A program made the position numbers and the translations under genes. DNA of 64,000 bases, from IMG/VR virus record IMGVR_UViG_2061766007_000727; one strand, given 5' to 3'. This DNA comes from an uncultured virus (IMG/VR IMGVR_UViG_2061766007_000727). Its lineage: Duplodnaviria; Heunggongvirae; Uroviricota; Caudoviricetes. The notes beneath the pieces are model-generated. The model had not been told where the DNA came from, searched no databases, and saw only the letters and a list, made by a program, of their open reading frames with translations. This document shows positions 54,697 to 64,000 of this stretch, in pieces; positions within the stretch are counted from its first letter, which is position 1, and every line of letters begins with the position of its first letter.

Positions 54697-55782
54697 ATGG
54701 CTAACACCGCTATAAAAGGACTGAATATAGACGCTATAAGGGAACTGAATAAAATTCAAATTTATGCAGTCAAAAACAAGGAAACTATAGCAAGTAAAGG
54801 GGAAGTTGATGCAGGTAATCCGTCTTTTATGGAAAAGATATTTTCTGCATATTTAACTTCACCGCTTGGAAAATTTGACGCATCACCCACATCAAATAGT
54901 CTTACTCAAAGCATAGGTAATTTTATAGGGCAATCATCAATTGTGTCATCGTTGGCTCAAACCGCAATAGGTCAATTAGTAACAGGACTTGGAACTAATA
55001 ATGGTAAATATAGACCAATTGGACAATGGTTTGCTTCTGGTAGTGAATTATCAAATGTCTTGAATTACAATTTCAATTACAGATTTGTAGGTACAAACGA
55101 GTTTAAACATACTTTTCAGTGTGAGTTAGTGGTTAAAGATGATTTTTTTGATGATGTAATTAATCCGTTATGGAGTTTGCTTTCGTATGTTATGCCAGAT
55201 GAGACGGAACAGTTATACGAAACGGAAGTTTACAAGTCGGGCAAAGGAACTGTGCAAAGTTTTTATAATGATAATATTAAAGAACCTATCAATAATGCTA
55301 ATAAAAAATATGATGTAGTAAACCAAGACACACTTGATAAGGTTTGGAAATTCATAGAAGCATGGGGTGGTGAGACTGATGATATGTTGGGTGGTATATC
55401 TATTTTGACACAACCGAAACAATTACAATCAGGTAATCTTTTCACAAGAATATTAATAGGTAATTATATTGTGATAGACAATGTGATTATAGATTCGGTT
55501 GATTTTGATATTCCATATCTTTTCTATGAGGGTGGTTTGTTTGACAAGGTTACTGTTTCCATGACAGTTAAAGGTAATCGTAAAATGAGTTTAAAAACAT
55601 ACAATTGGATTAAAGATTTAAAAGAAGGTAGAGAAAAATATGGAGATAATTGGAAAGATACCAAAGGAGATACTTTGAATAAATTATATAATGGGGATAA
55701 AAAAAGGAATGATGATGCTGAACTTCGTAAAAAAAATATCGGAGTTGATACAATAAATGTAGATACAAGTGGTACGGCTTAA
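54697..55782 (+). CDS. baseplate/tube-initiator-like protein
   Basis: Late motif at 54659; IDNVIIDSVDFD...VTVSMT pattern; synteny. Confidence 0.55.
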   Translation: MANTAIKGLNIDAIRELNKIQIYAVKNKETIASKGEVDAGNPSFMEKIFSAYLTSPLGKFDASPTSNSLTQSIGNFIGQSSIVSSLAQTAIGQLVTGLGTNNGKYRPIGQWFASGSELSNVLNYNFNYRFVGTNEFKHTFQCELVVKDDFFDDVINPLWSLLSYVMPDETEQLYETEVYKSGKGTVQSFYNDNIKEPINNANKKYDVVNQDTLDKVWKFIEAWGGETDDMLGGISILTQPKQLQSGNLFTRILIGNYIVIDNVIIDSVDFDIPYLFYEGGLFDKVTVSMTVKGNRKMSLKTYNWIKDLKEGREKYGDNWKDTKGDTLNKLYNGDKKRNDDAELRKKNIGVDTINVDTSGTA

Positions 55783-55794
55783 ACATAATAAACT

Positions 55795-56031
55795 ATGACA
55801 GTAAAGGAAGCGTCAGCGATGTATGCGGTGTATGAGTACACTACTTCGATAGGTGACAACCTAACACGTATCGTGAGATTATTATATGGTACTGATAATA
55901 ACAAAGCATACGCAACAATAAAGGAACTAAACTTGCGATATGATTGGGCATATCTGCAAGGCGGTGTCACAATCAAATATTTCCCAGAGGATATATTAGC
56001 GAGTATAGATGTGGTTTTTGGCGAAAGATAA
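55795..56031 (+). CDS. LysM/tail-X-like baseplate protein
   Basis: YTTSIGDNLTRIVRLLYG...ELN...G.TIK. Confidence 0.75.
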   Translation: MTVKEASAMYAVYEYTTSIGDNLTRIVRLLYGTDNNKAYATIKELNLRYDWAYLQGGVTIKYFPEDILASIDVVFGER

Positions 56032-56911
56032 GAGGATTCCGATTTCGGATTTGGTTATAACTGATAACCTTGCAACATATCACAGAGTAATATCATTTAC
56101 AACTGTGTCCAAACTTTATGTCAAGGAAGGTAAGATAGAATCCAAACTTGGTATAATTGATGTTTATATAGAAAGTCAAACGAGGACACAAGACAATCAA
56201 ATGAAGGTGGATTGTGTCACAAGGGCAATACATACCGCTTTTGATTCTATAACCGCAGGCTTTAATGGAAACACAACCATAAATAGTCTGTTTGCGAAGT
56301 TAGGTTTTGCTTATGAATCGGAATATAAGTCTAATAATTCTTATTTTTGTATTAGGCAGTATTCGGTTACAACTTTATTTGATGAACTCACCAAGTACGC
56401 ATCCTTTGCCAATGGTGGTGGCGCACACTTCTATATGGCATACGATGGCACTGTTCATGGATTCGACTATAAGTTAATCAAGGAGAAGGCGCAAGTAAAA
56501 TCATTTGCAGGTTCAATAATAAGTGAGAGTATTGAGACTGATTGGACTACGTTCACACCATCCGAGTATGAGTTGTTTATATATGATAACAATAACAACT
56601 TCAAGAAGGAGAAACTTGTTGTTGAAAAAGGATTTGGCAAGGCGGCAGTAAGAGTGAATGATACCACAGGTGTATGGAAAGATGCGTTGAAACAAGAATT
56701 GACGAATAATTTTTACAACAAATGGTACAACGGACATACCATTAATGTTTCCGTACCGATGGGACTGATACCCAAATTAGGTTCGTTGGTGGATTTGAAC
56801 AACACAGGCAGAACATTTATCGTTAAAGGTGTTTCGGTGGCTTATAACGAACTCCAAGAAGTTCCAAACGTGAGTGCGATATTGATTTCTAACCCTACAT
56901 TTGAAGTATAA
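56009..56911 (+). CDS. baseplate hub protein (gp27/gpD-like)
   Basis: Position between the LysM and spike genes; ~300 aa. Confidence 0.6.
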   Translation: MWFLAKDKRIPISDLVITDNLATYHRVISFTTVSKLYVKEGKIESKLGIIDVYIESQTRTQDNQMKVDCVTRAIHTAFDSITAGFNGNTTINSLFAKLGFAYESEYKSNNSYFCIRQYSVTTLFDELTKYASFANGGGAHFYMAYDGTVHGFDYKLIKEKAQVKSFAGSIISESIETDWTTFTPSEYELFIYDNNNNFKKEKLVVEKGFGKAAVRVNDTTGVWKDALKQELTNNFYNKWYNGHTINVSVPMGLIPKLGSLVDLNNTGRTFIVKGVSVAYNELQEVPNVSAILISNPTFEV

Positions 56912-57351
56912 TGGCAAGTATAATCAAAGCGACAGTACAGACAAACTCTGCCGATGACAATATGGGTAGGGTTAAGTTGAAATCCGAAGGAATTTGGAAT
57001 CAAGACACCGAACTCGTTCAGTCAGTGAACGGATGTGCATTGAGCAAGGGTGATGTAGTGTTTGTGTCGGTTGCTGACGGATACTACAACCCACTTATAC
57101 TTGGTAAGGCTGACAGAAACGATATTGTATTAAATTTGTTGGTTGAGCAGATAAACAGATTGGAAGATAAGGTGAACGAACTTGTGGACAAGCAGAACGA
57201 TGTGATACAAAAACTATCGACATCTACGGCAGTAGCGGAAGGCTCTGTATGGACTGCGGCAACAACCACTTTTCTGCCGATGGTTGCGAAACCACTTGTG
57301 AAGATTTCACCTAACACAAAACTTAAAGACATTCAAGATAACTATAAATAA
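56911..57351 (+). CDS. baseplate spike (gpV/gp5 OB-fold)
   Basis: MGRVKL...KGDVVFVS..DGYYNPLILG. Confidence 0.75.
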   Translation: MASIIKATVQTNSADDNMGRVKLKSEGIWNQDTELVQSVNGCALSKGDVVFVSVADGYYNPLILGKADRNDIVLNLLVEQINRLEDKVNELVDKQNDVIQKLSTSTAVAEGSVWTAATTTFLPMVAKPLVKISPNTKLKDIQDNYK

Positions 57352-57359
57352 TTGTAATC

Positions 57360-57662
57360 ATGGATTTGCCGATTGTATTAGATAAGAATAGCACCTTTGT
57401 AACAGGTGTGGATGAGTTGAGACAAGACTTGTACTTGTTGCTCAAAGAGCCTATGAAGACTTGGTATCAGTCTTGCACCACAGGCTCACGTATAGCGTTG
57501 CATTCAGCCGATGTGATGGAACTCAAACTCCAAGTCCAAGACACGTTGAAACAACTTAAGAGCATTGAGGTTGTGTCGGTTGAAGTGCAAAATGAGTTTG
57601 TTACCATACGGCTCAACTACAATGGTAGGGAACTTGAGGAGAATTTTGAGTTAGAACGTTGA
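57360..57662 (+). CDS. gp25-like sheath initiator
   Basis: ELRQDLYLLLKEPMKTWYQ..TGS pattern; synteny. Confidence 0.7.
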   Translation: MDLPIVLDKNSTFVTGVDELRQDLYLLLKEPMKTWYQSCTTGSRIALHSADVMELKLQVQDTLKQLKSIEVVSVEVQNEFVTIRLNYNGRELEENFELER

Positions 57663-57719
57663 GTTATATATTCATATATAAAGAGTTATTGTTTTTAATT
57701 TGATTATAAAATACTGATT

Positions 57720-60700
57720 ATGAGAGCAAAGAGCGATATTATAGCGTATTTGGAATCGCAGTTGTCCGATGATATTTGGAAGAAGTTAAGAAACTCGTTG
57801 TTGGGAAGGGAGTTGCTTGCGTTTGGTGCGGAGGTAATATCCGAGAACGAGAACGTCAAGGACACGATGTTGTTGCAGATGAACCCAGAGACCGCAGACA
57901 AGAACGGCTTGTATATGCTCTCGCAGATGAACGAGATACCAATCACGAACATCAAGCCATCAACATTGGTGGTGCAGATGGCGGATAGTGTTAAGACATA
58001 CGCACCATACGAGTTGCAGTACAACGTGGGTAACGTACACTTCACGAATATTGAGTACACTATGCAGGGTAAGTCGGTGTCGCTGATAAACGGAACACAC
58101 AAGTGTTATGCAGTGGGCAGAATGCCTATCAGTGATGGTGCAGTTGCTGACGGAAGTGAAACATTCTTTTATGATGGTACTACCACTTATAGCGGAATCA
58201 AACTTGGGAACGCTTATCCTGATTCGATAGTGGTGGAGTACAGACATAAGATAAATGATGACGAGAGCCAAACGGAGTATGTCACAACCGAGATGAACAG
58301 ATACTCATCGGACATTGCCTTGTCGAATAGTGCGACACCGATGTACAAGGTCATCACAGGTGTTGACGGAAACATTTACATACGTTTCTTCAAGGGTGAT
58401 GACACGACATACAACCCAGAAACATACAAGATAGATTGGTTAGACCATTCGGCTATGGAGTTTGAGGTGGATGATTTGAGTGTTACCGACCCTAACATAG
58501 CAGGCGATGACAAGACGGTTGCCATGATAGAGTATTACTCACAAGGTGTGGTTGACGATTTGGATTATATGCGTCAGCAGTTGAAGAAGGAGATGGCGAA
58601 GTACAACGGACTGAACACGCCTGTTTCTGTTGAGAACTACGTTAAGGGTATGCCGTACATACTTGATGCGAAGTGTGAGAAGGGTGAGGATGGTTTGTGT
58701 GTTTACGTGAAGCCATCGTCACCGACACCAGAGTATTCGACATATCTTGACTTTTCAGAAGTTGCGGCACATATATCACTAAATAGCATATTGTTTCCCA
58801 ATATCAAGGTTAGAACTGCGAACCAGATTATGTTCGGAGTTGAGATAAGCGGTGTGAGTGACTTGAAGTTGCAACAAGGTATCAAGAGTTTGTTGCAGGA
58901 ACGATTCGCTTATGAGAATATGGATTTCAACACTGTTATAAACACAGGCAGTATCTTGTCGGAGATTTATGGTAAGTATGGTATTGTACCCACAATCAAT
59001 ATGACGATTAAGGAACAGTTCGTGAATGGGAAACCACTATCGTTCACACCGATTAAGAACTCGTTGAAGTTGTACGGGGTGGATGATTCAGTTGTTGCTT
59101 GGGAAGAAAACGATTTGTTATATGGTAAAGTTGAGGCTAAAAATCCTGTTCCTTTTTTGGAATTTAAGATTATTGGTTCTATGGGTACAATGTTCTTATT
59201 GATGTATGAAGGGCAGAAAAGAGATGAAAGTGCTACCACAAGAAACGGATTGGATACAAGTGATGGTATGAATTATGATACATACAATACAGAAATAACA
59301 TATCAGAAAAAGAATTATAATAAATTCTACTTATATGATGTAAGTACAAACACAATGAAACCGTTTGATGGTTGTATGCAGAATTTATTGTGTACAGATA
59401 ACAATCCGTGCTTGAATTATAGTGCTTGGAATCAAGATGGTCAGATGTTCGGAAATGTATATGACTTCAAGATATTGTCAACTAACAATGCGTTTGTAGG
59501 TTTGATGGTGTTCAAGGACGCAGGAACAGATGTGATAACAGATGGTACTAATGTGGATTTTACTTATTGGAATAATAACAATGCTGATAACAATGAACTT
59601 TATTTAAAATATTTAAATGGTGACTTTGTTAGTTATGAAAGTAACGAAAAATACAAAGGTAAGTTCCAAACAACGTTTTATATAAAGAATCCGCTTGCGT
59701 TAAAAAACTACAATTCGGACAGTTGGAAGGAGTTCCAAGATGCCACACACGGCAACCCAGAAGATATGTTGGGTCTATATGAAGGCTTACGAGGGATAAT
59801 GGCAGGTGGTATCGATTTGAATGTAAAATCTAATTGGTTTATACACAATAATAAAGCGTATTATGCTTATAATATAACGAATGAATATGTGTATATAACC
59901 AATGGTGCTAAAAATCTTGCTATAACATCAAATGGTACATTCTTGGGTATGATGCCTTACAATGATGATTTGTATGTTATTAATCCCATGTATATCACCA
60001 GAGTGGTGGGATTTGAAGGGTTAAAGGAGTCAGAAGAAGTTTATCGAATCTATAAGAATAATACAACGACATTTAATATATCGGAAATAATAAGAGAGTT
60101 TGACAATCAAATCGCTTTTAGAACATCAGAAAAAGAGTTCTACACTGCAAATGGTTTTGAGTTGTTGGGTGGTAACAGGATTACTTTTAAAAACTTAAAA
60201 CGTGTATTTGATGATATAACAATAGAAAATAATGATTCTTATAAGTTGGGCGGATGCACCAAAGATTACGTAACAATGTATAAAGAAATAAATGAGGATT
60301 TAAGTGATAATAAAAAAAGAGTTGGATTTGAGTTTTATTGTTATGAAATCAATAATTCAAAAACAACTGTGTTTAAGAAATACACGGATGTAGAATTGCC
60401 CGATTCCACTTCACCAAATGTTGAGTACAAATCACATAAAGTTAATTTAGCAACTTTTTGGGATAATAATAAGACGGTTCAAAGAAGCGCAAAAGTATTT
60501 GATGAAAGTACAGGTGAATTAGGATATTATAACACTAATGGTACTTTATCAAAATTTTTAAATAAAGAGGATATTATTTTTTTAGTGAATAGCAACAAGT
60601 TGTATTTGTATTTAAACAATGTGTTAATAAATGGAACAAGATGTGCAGTACCCTTATATATTATAAGAAGTAATAATATCAAGCCTATTGATAGTGGTAA

Positions 60701-61406
60701 TAAAAATAAGGATTGGAATTGGGATGGTGATGCCACAGGAGGTTTAAACCCAGATTACATAGCAGGTTTCTTTAAAACGTGTTATAATATTTTTGTAAAT
60801 CAATCATCCACTTATAAAAATAATTATGAGAATGACAACCCTAAAAGTACATCTACCACATATAATGGAGAAATATTTACAACAACCACTGTATCATCTT
60901 TTTTTGATGAGAATTATGAAATAAACTATAAGGAGGGTTCAAACCCTGTTTCTTATGAGACAATAAAAAATTGGTATTCTTCAAGTATAAAACCAAATAT
61001 ACTATTAACGCCAGATATAGGTGATGGGAATCAATTGGACGTTGACATAGCATATAATAAGGAAAAAAATGCGTTAATAGGTGCGCTTGAGCAATTACAA
61101 ATACCCACCTTAAAAATGTGGAATGGAAATAGATACGAAGATTGGTCTATAAGTGGAACTGCTTATAAACTCAATATTGTTTTCTTTACAAAAGAAACAA
61201 CAACTATAACACAGGGAGGATATAATGTAGAAGGTCAATCTTTAGAACATTTGATGACAACTATAGGTTATTATGATACAGATATAAATGCTTGTATTAA
61301 TGAGAAGGGAACAGAAACCTTATATATCCGTTACAACACACAGAATCCGAATGTAACGAGTGGTTCGTATCTGATGTTGGATGAAAGTGAGATTAAATTC
61401 ATTTAA
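57720..61406 (+). CDS. baseplate wedge protein (gp6/J-like) with large C-terminal insertion
   Basis: N-terminal wedge pattern (LLAFGAE...ETADKNGLY.L) and later VYVKP; late-like motif at 57664. Confidence 0.7.
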   Translation: MRAKSDIIAYLESQLSDDIWKKLRNSLLGRELLAFGAEVISENENVKDTMLLQMNPETADKNGLYMLSQMNEIPITNIKPSTLVVQMADSVKTYAPYELQYNVGNVHFTNIEYTMQGKSVSLINGTHKCYAVGRMPISDGAVADGSETFFYDGTTTYSGIKLGNAYPDSIVVEYRHKINDDESQTEYVTTEMNRYSSDIALSNSATPMYKVITGVDGNIYIRFFKGDDTTYNPETYKIDWLDHSAMEFEVDDLSVTDPNIAGDDKTVAMIEYYSQGVVDDLDYMRQQLKKEMAKYNGLNTPVSVENYVKGMPYILDAKCEKGEDGLCVYVKPSSPTPEYSTYLDFSEVAAHISLNSILFPNIKVRTANQIMFGVEISGVSDLKLQQGIKSLLQERFAYENMDFNTVINTGSILSEIYGKYGIVPTINMTIKEQFVNGKPLSFTPIKNSLKLYGVDDSVVAWEENDLLYGKVEAKNPVPFLEFKIIGSMGTMFLLMYEGQKRDESATTRNGLDTSDGMNYDTYNTEITYQKKNYNKFYLYDVSTNTMKPFDGCMQNLLCTDNNPCLNYSAWNQDGQMFGNVYDFKILSTNNAFVGLMVFKDAGTDVITDGTNVDFTYWNNNNADNNELYLKYLNGDFVSYESNEKYKGKFQTTFYIKNPLALKNYNSDSWKEFQDATHGNPEDMLGLYEGLRGIMAGGIDLNVKSNWFIHNNKAYYAYNITNEYVYITNGAKNLAITSNGTFLGMMPYNDDLYVINPMYITRVVGFEGLKESEEVYRIYKNNTTTFNISEIIREFDNQIAFRTSEKEFYTANGFELLGGNRITFKNLKRVFDDITIENNDSYKLGGCTKDYVTMYKEINEDLSDNKKRVGFEFYCYEINNSKTTVFKKYTDVELPDSTSPNVEYKSHKVNLATFWDNNKTVQRSAKVFDESTGELGYYNTNGTLSKFLNKEDIIFLVNSNKLYLYLNNVLINGTRCAVPLYIIRSNNIKPIDSGNKNKDWNWDGDATGGLNPDYIAGFFKTCYNIFVNQSSTYKNNYENDNPKSTSTTYNGEIFTTTTVSSFFDENYEINYKEGSNPVSYETIKNWYSSSIKPNILLTPDIGDGNQLDVDIAYNKEKNALIGALEQLQIPTLKMWNGNRYEDWSISGTAYKLNIVFFTKETTTITQGGYNVEGQSLEHLMTTIGYYDTDINACINEKGTETLYIRYNTQNPNVTSGSYLMLDESEIKFI

Positions 61407-61408
61407 TT

Positions 61409-63727
61409 ATGAAGACAACGCTTAAATATAACACGATAGAGACCTTTCAACGTCAGCCTGCGTGGAAGAAGTTTATCGACACCATTGTAGATGATTGCAA
61501 GGGATTGTATGATGACCATCTTATTGCGGTTGCGGATAGTGATACGGATTTAATGTCCATATATACCTTTGACGAACAACACAACAATCCGAAAGAATTG
61601 GGGTTGTATGAGTTTTACAATAACAGATATATCTTAACGAAAGATACAACGGTTGAAGTCGGAAAGACATATTTCAAGAAAGATGTGAGTGATGTTGAGT
61701 ATCCTACTCATATAACAACCGATTATATAAATAGCAGTATGTTGATGAACATAAAAGAGAATATCTCTTTGAGAGGTTTGTTACATACGCTAAATCTATA
61801 TGGTTGTAAGATATGTGATATTAAGTTGGAAGATGTCAAGTTGCCGCACACATTCAAGTCGGAGAGAAGAACAAGTTTGTCGGATAACTCCGTGTGGGGT
61901 TCTTATATGATAGGAAGTGTGGGGTATGATTTTGAGGCGAGAGCAACTGTAGATGGTGTTGACAATCAAGTCTTGGAATATTCCATCAATGGTGAAGAAC
62001 CAGAGAAGTACAAGTACACTTTTGATTATATCAAAGATTTGTATGGATACAATCAGAAGAAACCTGTCATCAAGGTTTCAAATATGAGAGAGGTTACAAA
62101 ACATTTATATTATCGTAGAAAAACAGTGTCGGAATATGGTGAGGACAAGGGTATTGAATTGTTGCCAAAGTATGTCTTTATAGAATCGAAGAATGTTTTT
62201 TATGATGGTGGTAATTTTGCTATAGATACAGAATTAATCTATTATGCTGAAAGTTATGACTATGCTCATACAGGACATAATGATTCTGCGGTTATATTAG
62301 TAGGTAATTTTTTCAACGTGTCTATTGATGAGAATGGTGTAATAACGAGAGTACCTGCAAGTCAAAAGATAGATGCCAATACTGTTATCAAAGAATGTTA
62401 TATTAGTATTTCTAACGAAACATGGTTTTGGCATAAAAATGAATCATCAAACGCAAAGATATATACCGATTTAGAGAAAGATGATTTGATAAACGATAAT
62501 GGGCGTATCATTTACAATGATAGTGAAAGGCATTTGGACACATACGAGAATATGAGTTTTGATTACAACAATGATGTAATCAAAGTGACATTAGAGAATG
62601 TGGATGTGATTGGAAACAGACCAGAGATTGAGCAAACAACTTTGGAATCAAGACAATATCAAGTTTACGAGGATTCTTTTTATAACAAAAGATGGATTGT
62701 GTTGGATTCCGTATCCGACTATTTTAATTTTTCTCTGCCGTATAAGAAAAACCAATTATACACGGAAGAATGCGCATTGAAGGCGCAGCCGTTGTTTTTG
62801 TATGAGAATAACGAGAAGGTCTCTATGTGTGCCAATTTGATAAAAACAACAGGTGGTGAGGAAAAAATAACCTATGAATTGGAAAAACATATCGTAAACA
62901 AGATTCAAAACTCGGAAACAGATTTAGTGAACAACACGACTTTGAACACAACACCAGCATTGGCGCAGAAGAACCAAATAAGTGATGTTTCCTATGGTAG
63001 TTATTTCTACAAATGGGAATTATATAATAAAGACAATTTGACGTATGTTCAAGATGTATATACACCCATTTTCTTTAGTAATGAAACAAAGAGTGATACA
63101 TCGTTAGAGAATATGTGCTATTTCTTTAATGAGAACAACCAATTGAGTGAAAGAATAAGGCAGGATTTAGATACGTTCACAAATAATGAAACCAAAGAAA
63201 TACGATTCGGTTCAAATACTTATATAGCCATTAATACGCATCGTAAGGAGTTTTTTGAAACAATGTACTTCAATCACTTCGTGAATGTGTATCCTATAAC
63301 TGATGATTCAACAGACAATCTCGTGGAAACAACAAAACTATATTGTGATAACCTTGAGTTGGTGTCATTTGGTAATGTGATACCTTATGTTGTATCATAC
63401 GATAGAAAAGGTGAATACGAGGAAAACACCGAAACAGGCGAGTTTTACTATAACGATATAGATTGTTCTGTTTTTTCAAAGATATTGTCCTATAACAACA
63501 AGACACATTTGCTCACGGTGGAGAAACCCATTGCGTTTGAGAATCCGTCTGCGAACAAGCGAGTGGTCATAGCATATCAGAACGCCTCACCATTCAATAA
63601 GATAAAATCTTTGACAATAGTTGCACCCAATTCAGTTAAGGATGTTGTTGGGGAATTATTAGAGGATTACAAGAATAATAACTACGAGTTAAAACTTTAT
63701 TCGGAAAGTGAATACAATAAATTGTAA
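61409..63727 (+). CDS. baseplate wedge / fibre-attachment protein (gp7/I-like)
   Basis: Follows the wedge gene; SLRGLLHTLNLYG pattern. Confidence 0.5.
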   Translation: MKTTLKYNTIETFQRQPAWKKFIDTIVDDCKGLYDDHLIAVADSDTDLMSIYTFDEQHNNPKELGLYEFYNNRYILTKDTTVEVGKTYFKKDVSDVEYPTHITTDYINSSMLMNIKENISLRGLLHTLNLYGCKICDIKLEDVKLPHTFKSERRTSLSDNSVWGSYMIGSVGYDFEARATVDGVDNQVLEYSINGEEPEKYKYTFDYIKDLYGYNQKKPVIKVSNMREVTKHLYYRRKTVSEYGEDKGIELLPKYVFIESKNVFYDGGNFAIDTELIYYAESYDYAHTGHNDSAVILVGNFFNVSIDENGVITRVPASQKIDANTVIKECYISISNETWFWHKNESSNAKIYTDLEKDDLINDNGRIIYNDSERHLDTYENMSFDYNNDVIKVTLENVDVIGNRPEIEQTTLESRQYQVYEDSFYNKRWIVLDSVSDYFNFSLPYKKNQLYTEECALKAQPLFLYENNEKVSMCANLIKTTGGEEKITYELEKHIVNKIQNSETDLVNNTTLNTTPALAQKNQISDVSYGSYFYKWELYNKDNLTYVQDVYTPIFFSNETKSDTSLENMCYFFNENNQLSERIRQDLDTFTNNETKEIRFGSNTYIAINTHRKEFFETMYFNHFVNVYPITDDSTDNLVETTKLYCDNLELVSFGNVIPYVVSYDRKGEYEENTETGEFYYNDIDCSVFSKILSYNNKTHLLTVEKPIAFENPSANKRVVIAYQNASPFNKIKSLTIVAPNSVKDVVGELLEDYKNNNYELKLYSESEYNKL

Positions 63728-63734
63728 AATAACT

Positions 63735-63822
63735 TATATTTGCATTTGCTGATAATCAATTGAATAATGCTTGAATGGCGGTGGATTTTTGGAAGTTTTC
63801 TCACCGCCATTCTTGTTTTTGT
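63735..63822 (+). terminator. host-type promoter immediately followed by a terminator hairpin
   Basis: TATATTTG 63735-63742; GAATGGCGGTG/CACCGCCATTC+T run. Confidence 0.5.
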
Positions 63823-64000
63823 TTGTAAGTAACAAAATAAGTATTACATTTGCCGTAATTTTAATTCATAAGGATATGACATTTGCGATAGTATTTTTGA
63901 TTTTATACGGATTTGGATATGGTGTCTGCCGACTGACTGCTATGTTATTTAGCGGTACGGATGCCACCATAGTCAAGAATGTGGCTTTAGTTCCGATACT

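Noticed and set aside
1..64000. Stop-codon reassignment (TAG=Gln) as in Lak and some crAss-like phages
   Set aside because: Long genes are intact in code 11, and TAG terminates genes cleanly (e.g. 2504, 5497, 48850)
1..64000. Minus-strand ORFs in the track (e.g. 51681-52706, 47600-48337, 3514-4146)
   Set aside because: They are antisense shadows of well-supported + strand genes, with low-complexity translations and no promoters
1..64000. tRNA genes, CRISPR arrays, integrase or IS elements
   Set aside because: No cloverleaf with a T-loop consensus, no regularly spaced repeat-spacer array and no recombinase or transposase motifs were seen by eye

Overview
A 64 kb segment of a large myovirus-type (contractile-tail) phage genome, almost certainly infecting a Bacteroidota host: host-type TAnnTTTG promoters recur and there are no Shine-Dalgarno motifs. 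It uses the standard code 11, and essentially all genes lie on the + strand. The left part has a probable neck protein, a gp55-like sigma candidate, dUTPase, a SNF2 helicase and a Dam-family methyltransferase. The 8.8-40.6 kb stretch is mostly small early hypothetical genes, with KilA-N, BRO/ANT, ParB-like, YopX, AAA ATPase, DnaA-C and HNH genes among them. The 43-63.7 kb stretch is the neck/tail/baseplate module. The most notable observations are five. (1) A ~580 nt free-standing group I-like ribozyme at 22030-22606 has its own promoter and a long closing helix, but no host gene. (2) A dispersed family of late-promoter (TTATATATTA) genes shares an MNL[K/R/N] leader and a repeated [R/K][I/V/L]xD motif (DSRRIKD) that separates unrelated domains. 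This suggests capsid-targeted, protease-processed polyproteins; one carries an antitoxin-less RelE/HigB-like domain and one is split by a G8 tract. (3) There is a sharp GC-skew inversion with iteron-like repeats at ~17.6-18.4 kb. (4) An HNH gene has captured its host gene's C-terminus. (5) There is an acidic Ocr-like gene cluster. Duplications next to N gaps are treated as assembly artefacts. All functional calls come from reading motifs by eye; no database searches were run.
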